From Candidatus Dormiibacterota bacterium (GTDB taxonomy: Bacteria; Eisenbacteria; RBG-16-71-46; SZUA-252): a stretch of 64,000 bases of DNA. Shown here piece by piece: positions 50,847 to 61,331 of this stretch. The notes beneath the pieces were generated by a model. That model was not told the DNA's origin, did not search any database, and worked only from the letters and a program-made list of their open reading frames with translations. Where the stretch lies: the NCBI GenBank assembly GCA_035635575.1, contig DASQAV010000002.1:1539-65538 (forward strand), written 5' to 3'. A program made the position numbers and the translations under genes. The stretch's first letter is position 1; each line of letters begins with the position of its first letter.

Positions 50847-52955
50847 ATGTTCTCCTTCCTCAATCCGGGATTTCTCTGGGCGCTTCCGCTCGCGGGAATT
50901 CCGCTCCTGATCCATTTCCTGAGCAAGCGAAGGCTCCCGGAGATCCGCTTCCCGACGGTGACCTTCCTGCGTCAGCTCGAGCCGCGCGAGATCCGAAGGC
51001 TCCGCCTGCGCGAGATCCTGCTCCTCATCCTGCGCACGCTCGCCATCCTGCTCATCGTCTGCGCCTTCGCCCGGCCGTCGATCCAGCCCAAGGACGCGGC
51101 CGCCCGCGCGGCAGCCGCGGTGGCGGTCGTCCTGGACGACTCGGAGAGCATGGGGGCGATGGACGAGCAGGGCCGTCCCCGCATCGAAGGGGCGCGCGAG
51201 CGCGGGCTGGCCATCGTGGACGCGGCGCGGGCCGGCGACGAGGTCGCGATCACCACCACGACGGGACCCGACGCTCCGCTCTCCAACCGCTCCGGCGACC
51301 GCGTGCGCCTCACGCGCACGGTGCGCCAGATCGGGACGACCTGGCTCCCGGGCAACATGGAGCAGGCGCTGGAGCGGGCGCGCCGCTTCCTGGGACGAAG
51401 CTCTCTCCGCGCCCACGAGCTCTACCTGATCAGCGATTTCCAGGCGACGAACTTCACGCGCGGGGCCCGGGAGAAGCTGGCGCTTCTCTCCCGCGCGGGG
51501 ACTCGCGTGGTGGTCCTGCCGGTCGTCTCCTCGCGCGTCCCCAATCACGCGATCGAGGACCTCGATCCCGAGCTCCGCCCCGGACCTCAGGGCAAGGGTC
51601 TCGAGATGCGCGCGCGCCTGGTGAACCATGCCGACGCCCCGAGCGAGAGGCTCTCGGTGCGCGCCCGGCTCGGCGACGCCCTGATCGGAGGGGGTGACGT
51701 CACCCTTCAGCCGGACGAGTCGCGCTGGGCCTCGCTTCCCATCGACTGGCGGGCGGGCGCCGGCGCCGGCGCGGAGATCAAGGGAAAGGCGCCGGTCGTG
51801 GTGGAATCGGACGTGGATGCGCTACCCGGTGATGACCGGCGATTCGCGGTCCTGGGAGCGCCGAGACGGCTTCGCGTCCTTCGCGTCGTGGAATCGCGCG
51901 CGGGCGAGCCCGCCTCGCGCTTCACCGCCCTCGCGCTGGATCCGGGGCAGGACGGCTCCGGAGGGTACCTCGTCGAGACCGGGACGCCCGCGTCCGTGCT
52001 CAGCCTCTCCCGAAGCCGCTACGACGTCATCCTCCTCGAGGACATCGCCGCACTCTCGAGCGACGCCGAGGGGAAGCTCCGCGCCTTCCTGCGCGAAGGC
52101 GGCGGGATCGTGATCGCGCTCGGCCCGCACGCGGACCCAGACTATTACGGGCACAAGCTCTTCCCCGGCGTCGTGGATCTCGCGCTCGAGGGAACCGAGC
52201 ACGCCGCGGAAGGCCAGGCCTTCGAGATCCGCGCTCGAACTCCGGCGCATCCCATCCTGGAAGGATTGTCCCTGACGGTCGGCTCGCCTCTGACTCAGTC
52301 CCGGCTCGTAGCGCTCGCCAAGGGACGGACCACGTCCCCCCGCGCGGAGGTGGTCGTCATGACCACGGGAGGGCTTCCGGTCGTGGTCGCCGCACATCAA
52401 GTTTCCGTGTTCCTTGGCTCCCTCTCCGATGACTGGGGCGATCTTCCGTATTCGGGAGCCTTCGTGCCGCTCGTGCGGGGGCTGGTCGATCACGCCGCGC
52501 GGACAACGTCTCCGGAATCGCGCGACCTCTCGCTGGTCGGACGTCCTCCCGCGGCGCATCTCGACGCGGCGCCCCCGGGCCTCGTGGTCGTGCGTGGTCC
52601 GGACTCCTACCGCTCCCAGGCTACGGTTGCTTCGGACGGATCCGGATTCCTGGCCGTGGCCGACACCCCCGCTCCCACGCCGGGCTTCTACGTCTTCGAG
52701 GCGGGCGAGCGCGAGGCGGCGGTCGTGGCGGTCAATCCGGATCCCATCGAGAGCGACCTGAAGCCGGTCTCGATGGAGTCGCTCCAGGCTGGATCGCCGG
52801 ACCCGCCGCGCGCGATCGTCACCGTGCGATCGCTCCGCACGCATCTTCGGGACATGCGCCAGGGACGGGAGCTCTGGCTCCTTTTTCTCATCGGAGCCGC
52901 GCTCGCTCTCGCCGGCGAGCTGGCCCTCGCCAGCGCCCGCGCCGTAGGGCCGTGA
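50847..52955 (+). CDS. BatA-like membrane protein (N-terminal double-TM aerotolerance-regulator domain)
   Basis: MFSFLNPGFLWALPLAGIPLLIHFL…TLAILLIVCAF double-TM N-terminus. Third member of the MoxR cluster. Confidence 0.6.
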   Translation: MFSFLNPGFLWALPLAGIPLLIHFLSKRRLPEIRFPTVTFLRQLEPREIRRLRLREILLLILRTLAILLIVCAFARPSIQPKDAAARAAAAVAVVLDDSESMGAMDEQGRPRIEGARERGLAIVDAARAGDEVAITTTTGPDAPLSNRSGDRVRLTRTVRQIGTTWLPGNMEQALERARRFLGRSSLRAHELYLISDFQATNFTRGAREKLALLSRAGTRVVVLPVVSSRVPNHAIEDLDPELRPGPQGKGLEMRARLVNHADAPSERLSVRARLGDALIGGGDVTLQPDESRWASLPIDWRAGAGAGAEIKGKAPVVVESDVDALPGDDRRFAVLGAPRRLRVLRVVESRAGEPASRFTALALDPGQDGSGGYLVETGTPASVLSLSRSRYDVILLEDIAALSSDAEGKLRAFLREGGGIVIALGPHADPDYYGHKLFPGVVDLALEGTEHAAEGQAFEIRARTPAHPILEGLSLTVGSPLTQSRLVALAKGRTTSPRAEVVVMTTGGLPVVVAAHQVSVFLGSLSDDWGDLPYSGAFVPLVRGLVDHAARTTSPESRDLSLVGRPPAAHLDAAPPGLVVVRGPDSYRSQATVASDGSGFLAVADTPAPTPGFYVFEAGEREAAVVAVNPDPIESDLKPVSMESLQAGSPDPPRAIVTVRSLRTHLRDMRQGRELWLLFLIGAALALAGELALASARAVGP

Positions 52956-55900
52956 TCCGGACCCAGAACTCGCTCGCGGAGCAGCTGCTTCGCGGCGCCG
53001 AGCGCCATGCCGCATTCGAGGCGCTGAAAGCGCGCGTCGAGGCCAAGGCAATCGCGCCGGCGATCCCCATCCGCGGCGTCGCCGGCAGCGCGGGCGCCCT
53101 CTTCCTGGCCGCGCTCGCGCGCTCGGTGAAGCGCCCCTTCGCGGTGATCGCCCCCGATCTCGATCGAGCGGAAGCGTGGCGCGACGATCTCGAGTTCCTC
53201 CTCGGACCCGACCGCGTGGTTTCCATCCCGCCGCACGACGTGGTCCCCTGGACCTCGCAGGTCGCCACCGGCCCGGTTCGCGACGATCGCGTGACCGCGA
53301 TGCTCCGTCTGGGAGATCCCGATCCGCCGATCGTGGTGATCCCCGCGGTCTCCCTCTATCGCAAGGCACCCGCGCCGGAGACGATCCGCGCGCGCGCGGT
53401 CTCGCTCGAGCGAGGCACCGAGATCGCCCCCGAGGTTCTGGCGCATCGTCTGGTGATGGCAGGCTATCGGTCGGTGGGCGAGGTCGGGGAAGTGGGGGAA
53501 GTGAGCCGCCGCGGAGGCCTCCTCGACGTCTTCGGGCCCGGCACGCACTACCCGGTGCGGATCGAGTTCGACGGCGACCAGGTCGCGTCGCTCCGCACCT
53601 TCGACGTGTCCACGCAGCGCTCCGTCGCTCCCATCGACCGGGCCCGCATCGCCCCCGCGCGCGAGGTGCTCTTCCCCGAGGATCTGGACGAGCGACTGCA
53701 GGCGCTCGACCGCGGGACGCTCTCGGGCGATCTCGAGGGGGTGCGCGTCCGCGAGCTGGTGCGCGAGGGGGTTTATTTCGAGGGCGTCGACTGGCTCGCG
53801 CCTCATCTCGGAGTCCCCCTGGGGTCCGTCCTCGAATACCTGCCCGCGGATGCGGCCATCTGGGTGGATGAGCCCGAGGCGGTGGCCCGGGAGCTGGAGA
53901 CCGCGGAGCGCGAGGCGGAGCGCCTGGAGCCTGACGCGCGCGGCAAGTCCCCGCATCTCCCCGAGCGCGAAGATCTCTTCGATCCGCCCGACCGGGCCCT
54001 GGCCCGGCTCGGCTCCTTCCAGCGGATGGAGTCGCGGGTGACCTTCCAGGGCGGGGGGCATGAGCCCGCGATCTCCCTCGACGCCCGGCCCCAGCCCTCC
54101 TTTGGAAGGAAGCTCGATCTCCTGCGCGGCGAGCTCCGGCGCCTCGAGGAGCTGGGATACGAGCGCGTCATCGTCTGCGACAACCGCGGCCAGGCGGAAC
54201 GGCTGGAGGAGATCCTCGGCGAAGGCGTGGTCTCGGTGGACGTGGGCGCGATCACGTCGGGGTTCGTGCTCCCGCCCGCGCGACTCGCGGTCTTCACCGA
54301 CCACGAGATCTTCGCGCGGTACCGGCGGCGCCGCGGACGGCGCTCCGCCCCCTCGCGGGCCACGATCCGCGATCTCATGTCGCTCGAGCCCGGCCAGTAC
54401 GTCGTCCATCTGGACCATGGAATCGGGGTCTACCGCGGGCTGAAGCGGATCACGCTCGACGGCCAGGACACGGAATGCATCCAGATCGACTACGCCCAGG
54501 GCGACCGGCTCTTCGTCCCCATCGATCAGCTGGGGATGGTGCAGCGGTACTCGGCGGAGGAGGGGCGCACGCCGCTCATCTCGCGGCTCGGGGGCACGGC
54601 GTGGCAGCGGACCAAGGCGAAGGCGCGCAAGGCCATCCAGGAAATGGCGGAGGAACTGCTCCGGAACTACGCCCTCCGGAAGGCGCGCGGCGGGCGCGCG
54701 TTTCCGCCGGACACACCGTGGCAGCGCGAGCTCGAATCCTCCTTCCCCTACGAGGAGACCCCGGACCAGCTGCGCACGGTCGAGGAAGTGAAGCGCGACA
54801 TGGAGTCGCCGCGCGCCATGGACCGGCTGGTCTGCGGCGACGTGGGCTACGGCAAGACCGAAGTGGCGATCCGCGCCGCGTTCAAGGCCGTGCAGGACGG
54901 AACGCAGGTGGCGATCCTGGTCCCCACGACCGTGCTCGCGCAGCAGCATCTCACCACGTTCACCGAGCGCTTCGCCGATTTCCCGGTGCGGATCGACATG
55001 CTGAGCCGGTTCCGGTCGACGCGGGAGCAGAAGGAGATCGTGGAAAAGATCCGGCGAGGCGAGCTGGACATCGTGATCGGAACGCACCGGCTTCTCTCGA
55101 AGGACGTCCAGTTCAAGAATCTGGGATTGGCGGTCATCGACGAGGAGCAGCGCTTCGGCGTGGCCCAGAAAGAAAGGATCCGGACGTTGGTCGAGAACGT
55201 GGACGTCCTCACGCTCACGGCGACGCCCATTCCCCGGACCCTGCACATGAGCCTCCTCGGGGCGCGGGACATGTCGGTCATGCAGACGCCGCCGCGCGGG
55301 CGCTATCCGATCAAGACCGAGATCGTGGAGATGAACAAGGACGTGATCCGGGACGGGCTGCTCCGGGAGGCGGACCGGGGCGGTCAGTCCTTCTTCGTGC
55401 ACAACCGGGTCGAGTCGATCGACCGGATCGCGCATTACCTCCAGAGCATCGTTCCCCAGCTGCGCTACGGGGTCGCGCACGGGCAGATGCGCGACGTGGA
55501 GCTGGAGAAGGTGATGCTGGATTTCCTCGAGCGGCGCACCGACGTGCTCGTGACGACCCTCATCATCGAGTCGGGCCTCGACATCCCCACCGTGAACACG
55601 ATGCTCATGAACCGCGCGGACGCCCTGGGGCTGGCGCAGATCTACCAGCTTCGCGGGAGGATCGGCCGCTCCCACCACCAGGCCTTCTGCTACCTCCTCG
55701 TTCCGGCGGGGACCGTGCTGAACGAGGATGCGGAAAAGAGGCTCCGCGTGATTGCCGAGCACGAGGAGCTGGGGGCGGGGCTCACGATCGCCATGCGCGA
55801 TCTCGAGATCCGCGGCGCCGGGAATCTGCTCGGGCCGGAGCAGCACGGCTTCATGGTGAGCGTGGGCTTCGATCTCTATTGCCGAATGGTGGACGAGGTG

Positions 55901-56404
55901 GTCCAGGAGCTTCAGGGGAAGGCGCCGGACCGCCGCTCCGAGCCCGCGATCTCGAGCGATCTTGCGGCATTCATCCCCGAGGAATACATCCAGGATCCCG
56001 ACGAGAAGCTGGATGCCTATCGCCGCCTCGCGGGCGTGACGGAAGCGGCGGAGCTGGAGGAGATCGCGGCGGAATTCCGGGATCGATTCGGACCGCTGCC
56101 GCCCGAGGCGGAGCACCTCTTCGAGCTGAAGCGGCTGCGGCTCATCGGACGCGACGTGGCGGCCACCCGACTGCGCGTGGGAAGGGATCGACTGGAGATC
56201 GACCTGGCGGAGCCCCTGAAGCGCGACCAGATCCTGCGCCTCGTGGCCTCCACGCCGGCCCGGATCGAGTTCGTGGGGGGCGGCACGGGGTCCTTCCGCG
56301 TGCGGCAGCCCGGCGAGCCGATCCTACTGGCCACAAATCTGTTGCGGGTGCTGGGGGGCTCTGATACCGTCGCGGATCTGCCTCTTCCAGCTGCTGGAAG
56401 TTGA
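52952..56404 (+). CDS. mfd: transcription-repair coupling factor Mfd
   Basis: UvrB-homology N-terminus, RNAP-interaction domain, SF2 helicase motifs (GDVGYGKTEVA, DEEQRFG, translocation module). Confidence 0.9.
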   Translation: MIRTQNSLAEQLLRGAERHAAFEALKARVEAKAIAPAIPIRGVAGSAGALFLAALARSVKRPFAVIAPDLDRAEAWRDDLEFLLGPDRVVSIPPHDVVPWTSQVATGPVRDDRVTAMLRLGDPDPPIVVIPAVSLYRKAPAPETIRARAVSLERGTEIAPEVLAHRLVMAGYRSVGEVGEVGEVSRRGGLLDVFGPGTHYPVRIEFDGDQVASLRTFDVSTQRSVAPIDRARIAPAREVLFPEDLDERLQALDRGTLSGDLEGVRVRELVREGVYFEGVDWLAPHLGVPLGSVLEYLPADAAIWVDEPEAVARELETAEREAERLEPDARGKSPHLPEREDLFDPPDRALARLGSFQRMESRVTFQGGGHEPAISLDARPQPSFGRKLDLLRGELRRLEELGYERVIVCDNRGQAERLEEILGEGVVSVDVGAITSGFVLPPARLAVFTDHEIFARYRRRRGRRSAPSRATIRDLMSLEPGQYVVHLDHGIGVYRGLKRITLDGQDTECIQIDYAQGDRLFVPIDQLGMVQRYSAEEGRTPLISRLGGTAWQRTKAKARKAIQEMAEELLRNYALRKARGGRAFPPDTPWQRELESSFPYEETPDQLRTVEEVKRDMESPRAMDRLVCGDVGYGKTEVAIRAAFKAVQDGTQVAILVPTTVLAQQHLTTFTERFADFPVRIDMLSRFRSTREQKEIVEKIRRGELDIVIGTHRLLSKDVQFKNLGLAVIDEEQRFGVAQKERIRTLVENVDVLTLTATPIPRTLHMSLLGARDMSVMQTPPRGRYPIKTEIVEMNKDVIRDGLLREADRGGQSFFVHNRVESIDRIAHYLQSIVPQLRYGVAHGQMRDVELEKVMLDFLERRTDVLVTTLIIESGLDIPTVNTMLMNRADALGLAQIYQLRGRIGRSHHQAFCYLLVPAGTVLNEDAEKRLRVIAEHEELGAGLTIAMRDLEIRGAGNLLGPEQHGFMVSVGFDLYCRMVDEVVQELQGKAPDRRSEPAISSDLAAFIPEEYIQDPDEKLDAYRRLAGVTEAAELEEIAAEFRDRFGPLPPEAEHLFELKRLRLIGRDVAATRLRVGRDRLEIDLAEPLKRDQILRLVASTPARIEFVGGGTGSFRVRQPGEPILLATNLLRVLGGSDTVADLPLPAAGS

Positions 56405-56481
56405 ACCGCGACCGGGAGTTCGGGGTACTCATGGGGGAGCGGTGCGGCGCTGGAAAGCCCGCCCGGAAGACAACGATTCCG

Positions 56482-58272
56482 ATGCCTAGACAGAGGTCGA
56501 TCCCCGCGGTCCTCGCCGCGCTCGCCGTGCTCCTGTCTCTCCCCCTCGGTTCCGGATCTGCCAAGGGTGCGAAACAGCCTTCGCCGGCCGCCAAGGCATC
56601 GCCACGCCCGAAATCGCCTGCCACGGCGCCGAAGACGGCCGCCGGCGCGATCGCGCTCATCGCGGACCGCCGCGTCGAGGAAGCGGACATCCAGCGCGCG
56701 GCCCTGGTCATGGAGCGGGATCCTCTTCGCAAGACGAACCACGCGCTCTGGCGCAAGAAGCTCCTGGATCTCTGCGTGGATCGCGAGCTCCTGGCGCTGG
56801 AGGCGGAGCGTGCGGGCCTCCTGAACGATCCCGACGTGAAACGAGAGATCGAGCGGAACACCGCGGATCTCCTCTACGCCGTGATCCGCGACCGTTACCT
56901 GATTCCGGAGATCGCCCCCACCGCGTCCCAGATCGATACGGCACGGGCGGGGGGACTCTACAGGCGCGTCAAGGTGGACTACATCCTGGCCGTCACCGAC
57001 GAGCAGACCACGTTCAAGGTCTACGAGGACCTCCGAAACGGGGCGAGCTTCGACTCCATCGCCACGCTCTACAGCATGCATCCTTCCGCCGCCAAGGCGG
57101 GCGTGATCGGGTGGAAGCGGATCGGGGCGCTGAACCAGCAGGCCTGGAAGCCGCTCCAGCACGCCAAGCCCGGCGACCTCTTCGGGCCCTACGAGAATGC
57201 GAACGCACATGAGATCTACAAGGTCGAAGCGATCGAGGACCCCGACGACGCGGAGCTTCGGGAGACGATGCTGGGCGATCGCGCGGCCGAGCTCGACTCC
57301 CGATATCGCGTGGGGCTGCTTCGGAGGTACCGGTTCCAGCTCAACCCCGAAGAGGTGAGCTCGGTCATCTTCGCCGCCGCGACCGAGCCCATGGATTCCA
57401 TCCTGGCCTCGCTCGATGCGCAGGGCCGGAGACCCAAGATCGGCGTTCATCCCCCTCTCGGCGTCATCGCGCGGCTGGAGGGGGATTCCATCACCTACCG
57501 GGAGCTGGCGTGGAGCGGCGTGCTTCAGCGTGAGCCCGACGGGAAAGCCCACATCGATGACTCGCGCGCGCTCCTCATGCTCGCGGCGCAGGCGGTGCTC
57601 CCGCGCCTCATCGAAAAAGACGCGCGGGAGAGGGGCGTCGAGAAGGATCCCACCGTCGCGCGGCAGCTCCGGCTGATCCGGGAGGAAGTCTCGACCCGCG
57701 CGATGGTGGCGCGGGCCGTCCCGCTTCTTTCGCCCGCCGCGATCCGCGCCTACTTCGATTCCCACCCATCTCGTTACCGCCGTCCTGCGGCGCGGCGCGC
57801 GCTCATCGCGGCGTTCGCAGCCGAGGACACCGCCAGGGCCGCCGCCGTGAGCTGGAGCCGGGCCTCGTACCGCGACTCGGTGTATGGCATCCAGGGGTTC
57901 CGGAAGCTGGAGGGAGCAAAGGCAGGTACCGTGTGGCCCCGATCCTATGGGGAAGTGGCGGTCTTCGATTCCGATCCGGATCCGCTCTCGGTCGCGGTGC
58001 GCTCGCTCGAGCCCAACCAGATCTCGTCCATCATTCCCTCGGCGAATGGGTACGCGATCGCGATGCTGACGGCCCGGGAACCGGCACGGGCCCACACGTT
58101 CGAGGAGGTTTCGGTATCGGTGGCGGCCGACGCGCGTGAAGACGCTGAGGATGCCTGGGTGACCACACAGCTCCAGCGGTTGCGGGCGGCGACGCCGGCC
58201 CGTACCGTACCCGCACGCTTGGAAGCGGTGCGGCTTGGAATGAATTCCGACAAGGGAGGAACACGCCGATGA
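56482..58272 (+). CDS. SurA-like periplasmic chaperone / parvulin PPIase
   Basis: Signal peptide (AVLAALAVLLSLPLGSG). Parvulin motifs (GVIGW…GDLFGP…HEIYKV). Start uncertain between 56401 and 56482. Confidence 0.7.
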   Translation: MPRQRSIPAVLAALAVLLSLPLGSGSAKGAKQPSPAAKASPRPKSPATAPKTAAGAIALIADRRVEEADIQRAALVMERDPLRKTNHALWRKKLLDLCVDRELLALEAERAGLLNDPDVKREIERNTADLLYAVIRDRYLIPEIAPTASQIDTARAGGLYRRVKVDYILAVTDEQTTFKVYEDLRNGASFDSIATLYSMHPSAAKAGVIGWKRIGALNQQAWKPLQHAKPGDLFGPYENANAHEIYKVEAIEDPDDAELRETMLGDRAAELDSRYRVGLLRRYRFQLNPEEVSSVIFAAATEPMDSILASLDAQGRRPKIGVHPPLGVIARLEGDSITYRELAWSGVLQREPDGKAHIDDSRALLMLAAQAVLPRLIEKDARERGVEKDPTVARQLRLIREEVSTRAMVARAVPLLSPAAIRAYFDSHPSRYRRPAARRALIAAFAAEDTARAAAVSWSRASYRDSVYGIQGFRKLEGAKAGTVWPRSYGEVAVFDSDPDPLSVAVRSLEPNQISSIIPSANGYAIAMLTAREPARAHTFEEVSVSVAADAREDAEDAWVTTQLQRLRAATPARTVPARLEAVRLGMNSDKGGTRR

Positions 58273-59588
58273 GGCGTCATACCGTGAGAACCGTTGCCTG
58301 GATCGCCTTCGCGCTCGCTCTGGCGGCGACCCCGGCCACGCGCGGCGCCTCGGCAACGGAGCGAATCGCCGCGATCGTGAACAAGGAAGTAATTCTAGAG
58401 TCGGACGTGGACGAGCAGCTCCGCGTGGCGATATCGAATCTCCACGTCGACCCCAGCGATTCCGTGACCGTCGCGAAGCTGAGAAAGGACGTGCTCCGGC
58501 AGCTCATCGACGAGCAGGTCATCCTGGCCGAGGCGCAGCGGCAGAGCATCACGATCCCCAAGGCGGAGCTGGACGCCGCGGTGACCAAGGCGATCGAGAG
58601 CGTGAAGACGCGCCTGGGGTCGCCGGCGAATTTCGCGCGCGCGCTCCGGGACGAGCACACCACCGAGGACGCGCTCCGGCGCAAGTACGAGCCCGACGTC
58701 AAGAAGCAGCTTCTCGTGATGCGGCTGGTCCAGAAGGAGGTCCAGAACCGGACCACCGTCACCGACGCCGAGGTGAAGACTTATTTCGCGGCGCATCGGG
58801 ATTCCCTGGCCAAGCGGGGGGAGCAGCTCAAGCTCTCCGCGATCGTGATCGGCTTCGAGCCCGATTCCATCCAGGTGAGGCGCCTCCACGCGCGGGCCGA
58901 CAGCCTGCGCAATCTCATCGTCGTCAAGAAGCAGCCCTTCGAAGACGTCGCCCGGAAGTTCTCGGACGATCCCTCCGGGCAGCGGGGGGGAGACCTGGGA
59001 ACCTTCGAGCGCGGGGACATGGTCGGTGAGTTCGAGGACGTGGCCTTCGGGCTCAAGCCCAACGAGGTCAGCCAGCCGGTCCGCAGCCGCTACGGGTGGC
59101 ACCTGATCCTGGTGCTCGAGCATTTCCCGAAGACCGACTCGACCAGCGAGCGCGTCCACGCGCGTCACGTCCTGCTGCAGGCCAAGATCAATCCACCCGA
59201 CGAGGAACGGGCGCGCAAGCGCGCGCTCGCGGTGCGCGACTCGCTCACCCGGGGCGCCGACTTCGCCGCCATGGCCAAGCGCTACTCGATGGACACCTCC
59301 ACCAAGGATTCCGGAGGCTACCTCGGCGAGGTGCCGGTCACGGGCCTGCCCCCCACCTTCCAGGAGCCGCTGACCGGACTGGGCGAGAACGAGGTGAGTG
59401 TCCCCTTGAAGGGAGAAGCCGGGTACTATGTGTTCAAGCTCCGGGGACGCGTTCCCGAGCGCGAGTTCACCTTCGAAGAGATTCGTGACGACTTGAAGCA
59501 GCTCGTCCAGAATCAGAAGCTTCGCGACGCATACGACCGCTGGCTGGATCGAATCCGAAAGAACGTCAATATCGAGGTCAAGGACTGA
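58269..59588 (+). CDS. surA: SurA-like periplasmic chaperone / parvulin PPIase, second paralogue
   Basis: SurA_N (IAAIVNKEVILESDVDEQL) and parvulin domain (GGDLGTFERGDMVGEFE…GWHLILV). Overlaps the previous stop. Confidence 0.75.
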   Translation: MRRHTVRTVAWIAFALALAATPATRGASATERIAAIVNKEVILESDVDEQLRVAISNLHVDPSDSVTVAKLRKDVLRQLIDEQVILAEAQRQSITIPKAELDAAVTKAIESVKTRLGSPANFARALRDEHTTEDALRRKYEPDVKKQLLVMRLVQKEVQNRTTVTDAEVKTYFAAHRDSLAKRGEQLKLSAIVIGFEPDSIQVRRLHARADSLRNLIVVKKQPFEDVARKFSDDPSGQRGGDLGTFERGDMVGEFEDVAFGLKPNEVSQPVRSRYGWHLILVLEHFPKTDSTSERVHARHVLLQAKINPPDEERARKRALAVRDSLTRGADFAAMAKRYSMDTSTKDSGGYLGEVPVTGLPPTFQEPLTGLGENEVSVPLKGEAGYYVFKLRGRVPEREFTFEEIRDDLKQLVQNQKLRDAYDRWLDRIRKNVNIEVKD

Positions 59589-59610
59589 GCGCAAGGAGGC
59601 ACCCGGACCG

Positions 59611-60654
59611 GTGGCGCCGCGTCGGCACACGCTCCTCTTCACGATGGGGGATCCCGCCGGCATCGGCCCCGAGATCCTGGTCCGGACCCTGGCGCTTCGA
59701 GCCTTGCGCACCCAGGCGCGCGTCGCAGCGGTGGGCGACCCCGAGGTGATCGACCGCGCCGCGCGCCGGGCCCGGATGAAGCTCCGCTTCCGCCCCCTCG
59801 ACCCGGAGCAATTCGATCCGAAGATGGATGCCAAGGATGGGATTCCGCTCCTCCTGTCCACCTCGGGCGTGTGGGGCACGTTCGATCCCGGCGCGCCCTC
59901 GAAGGAAACCGGGCGGGCCGCGGCCCGCGCCATCGAGGTTGCCGCGAAGGTCGCCCTGGAAGGACGCGCCACCGCGATCGTGACCGCTCCCATCTCCAAG
60001 AAAGCCCTCCAGCTCGCGGGATATCCCTATCCGGGACATACCGAATTCCTCGGTGCGCTGAGCGGCGCGCCGGAGACGCACATGATCTTCGTCGGCGGCC
60101 GGTTCCGGATCCTGCTCGCCACCGTGCATCTGGCCTTGAAGCAGGTTTCCGAATCGCTGCGGGTCGATTCGCTGGCAAGCACCCTTCGCTACGCCGCGAT
60201 GGCCATGCGGAATTTCCGGTGGGGGCCGAAGAAGCCGGTCGCGGTGCTGGCGCTCAATCCGCACGCGGGGGAAGAGGGGCTCTTTGGCGATGAGGAGGAG
60301 CGCGTGATCCGTCCCGCGATCGAGCGAGCCCGCGCGGAGGGCATCCGGGCGGAGGGACCCTTTCCAGCCGACACCTTCTTCGCGCGAAGCGGCGATGCGT
60401 TCGGAGTCACGGTCGCGATGTACCACGATCAGGGATTGATCCCGGCGAAGATGGAGGGAATCGGCGGCGCGGCGAACGTCACGCTGGGGCTTCCCTTCAT
60501 TCGAAGCTCCGTGGATCATGGCACCGCGTTCGATCGCGCCTGGAAGGGAGGCGCGCGTGCGCCCGACCCCGCAGGCCTCGTGAAGGCGGCCCAGGTGGCG
60601 ATCGAGCTTGCCGCGCGGACCGGAGGGCGGAGGCTGGGGTGGTCATGGCCCTGA
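59611..60654 (+). CDS. pdxA: 4-hydroxythreonine-4-phosphate dehydrogenase
   Basis: FTMGDPAGIGPEI N-terminus and GYPYPGHTEFL motif. surA-pdxA linkage as in enterobacteria. Confidence 0.85.
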   Translation: MAPRRHTLLFTMGDPAGIGPEILVRTLALRALRTQARVAAVGDPEVIDRAARRARMKLRFRPLDPEQFDPKMDAKDGIPLLLSTSGVWGTFDPGAPSKETGRAAARAIEVAAKVALEGRATAIVTAPISKKALQLAGYPYPGHTEFLGALSGAPETHMIFVGGRFRILLATVHLALKQVSESLRVDSLASTLRYAAMAMRNFRWGPKKPVAVLALNPHAGEEGLFGDEEERVIRPAIERARAEGIRAEGPFPADTFFARSGDAFGVTVAMYHDQGLIPAKMEGIGGAANVTLGLPFIRSSVDHGTAFDRAWKGGARAPDPAGLVKAAQVAIELAARTGGRRLGWSWP

Positions 60655-61331
60655 TCAAGCTCGAGCACGTCACGAAGTCCTACCGCGAGCGTCTCGCGCT
60701 GAGCGACGTCTCGCTCTCCTTCGAGCCCAGCGAGTGGGTCTACGTCACCGGCCCGAGCGGCGCCGGCAAATCCACCCTGCTCCGTCTCCTCTCCCTCTCC
60801 GAGCGGCCCAGCCGCGGCCGCGTGGAAGCGGAGCCGGGGCTGAGGAAAGCGATCGGAATGCTCGGCCAGGAATTCCGCCTTCTCAACGATCGGAACGTGT
60901 ACGAGAACATCGCGCTGGGGTGCCGGATCTCCGGCGTGTGGGACAAGGAGGAGATCCAGGAGCGCGTGGCTCCGCTCCTCGACGAGATGGGAATCCGCGG
61001 GCACGAGGAGCTCTTTCCCGGCCAGCTCTCCGCGGGAGAGAAGCAACGGGTCGCCCTCGCGCGCGCCCTGGTGCGTCATCCGCGGATCCTCATCGCCGAT
61101 GAGCCCACGGGAAACCTTGATCCCACGGCCGCGGCCCAGATCTTTTCCCTGATGCGCCAGTACCGCGACCGCGAGACGCTGGTGGTGGTCGCGACGCACG
61201 CAGAGGATTGGACGCTCAAGCACCCGGGCCGCGTGATCCGCCTCGAGCAGGGGGTGGTGCGATCGGATCAGCCGCGGGCCGGGACGGATGGACCCGCGGC
61301 GCCGCCGTCCCCGCCCGGCGGTGGAATCTGA
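60645..61331 (+). CDS. ftsE: cell division ATP-binding protein FtsE
   Basis: Walker A GPSGAGKST, ABC signature LSAGEKQR, Walker B ILIADEPT. Confidence 0.85.
   Translation: MALIKLEHVTKSYRERLALSDVSLSFEPSEWVYVTGPSGAGKSTLLRLLSLSERPSRGRVEAEPGLRKAIGMLGQEFRLLNDRNVYENIALGCRISGVWDKEEIQERVAPLLDEMGIRGHEELFPGQLSAGEKQRVALARALVRHPRILIADEPTGNLDPTAAAQIFSLMRQYRDRETLVVVATHAEDWTLKHPGRVIRLEQGVVRSDQPRAGTDGPAAPPSPPGGGI

Noticed and set aside
52688-58356. 1142-aa and 779-aa minus-strand ORFs
   Set aside because: Antisense to mfd and the surA-like genes.
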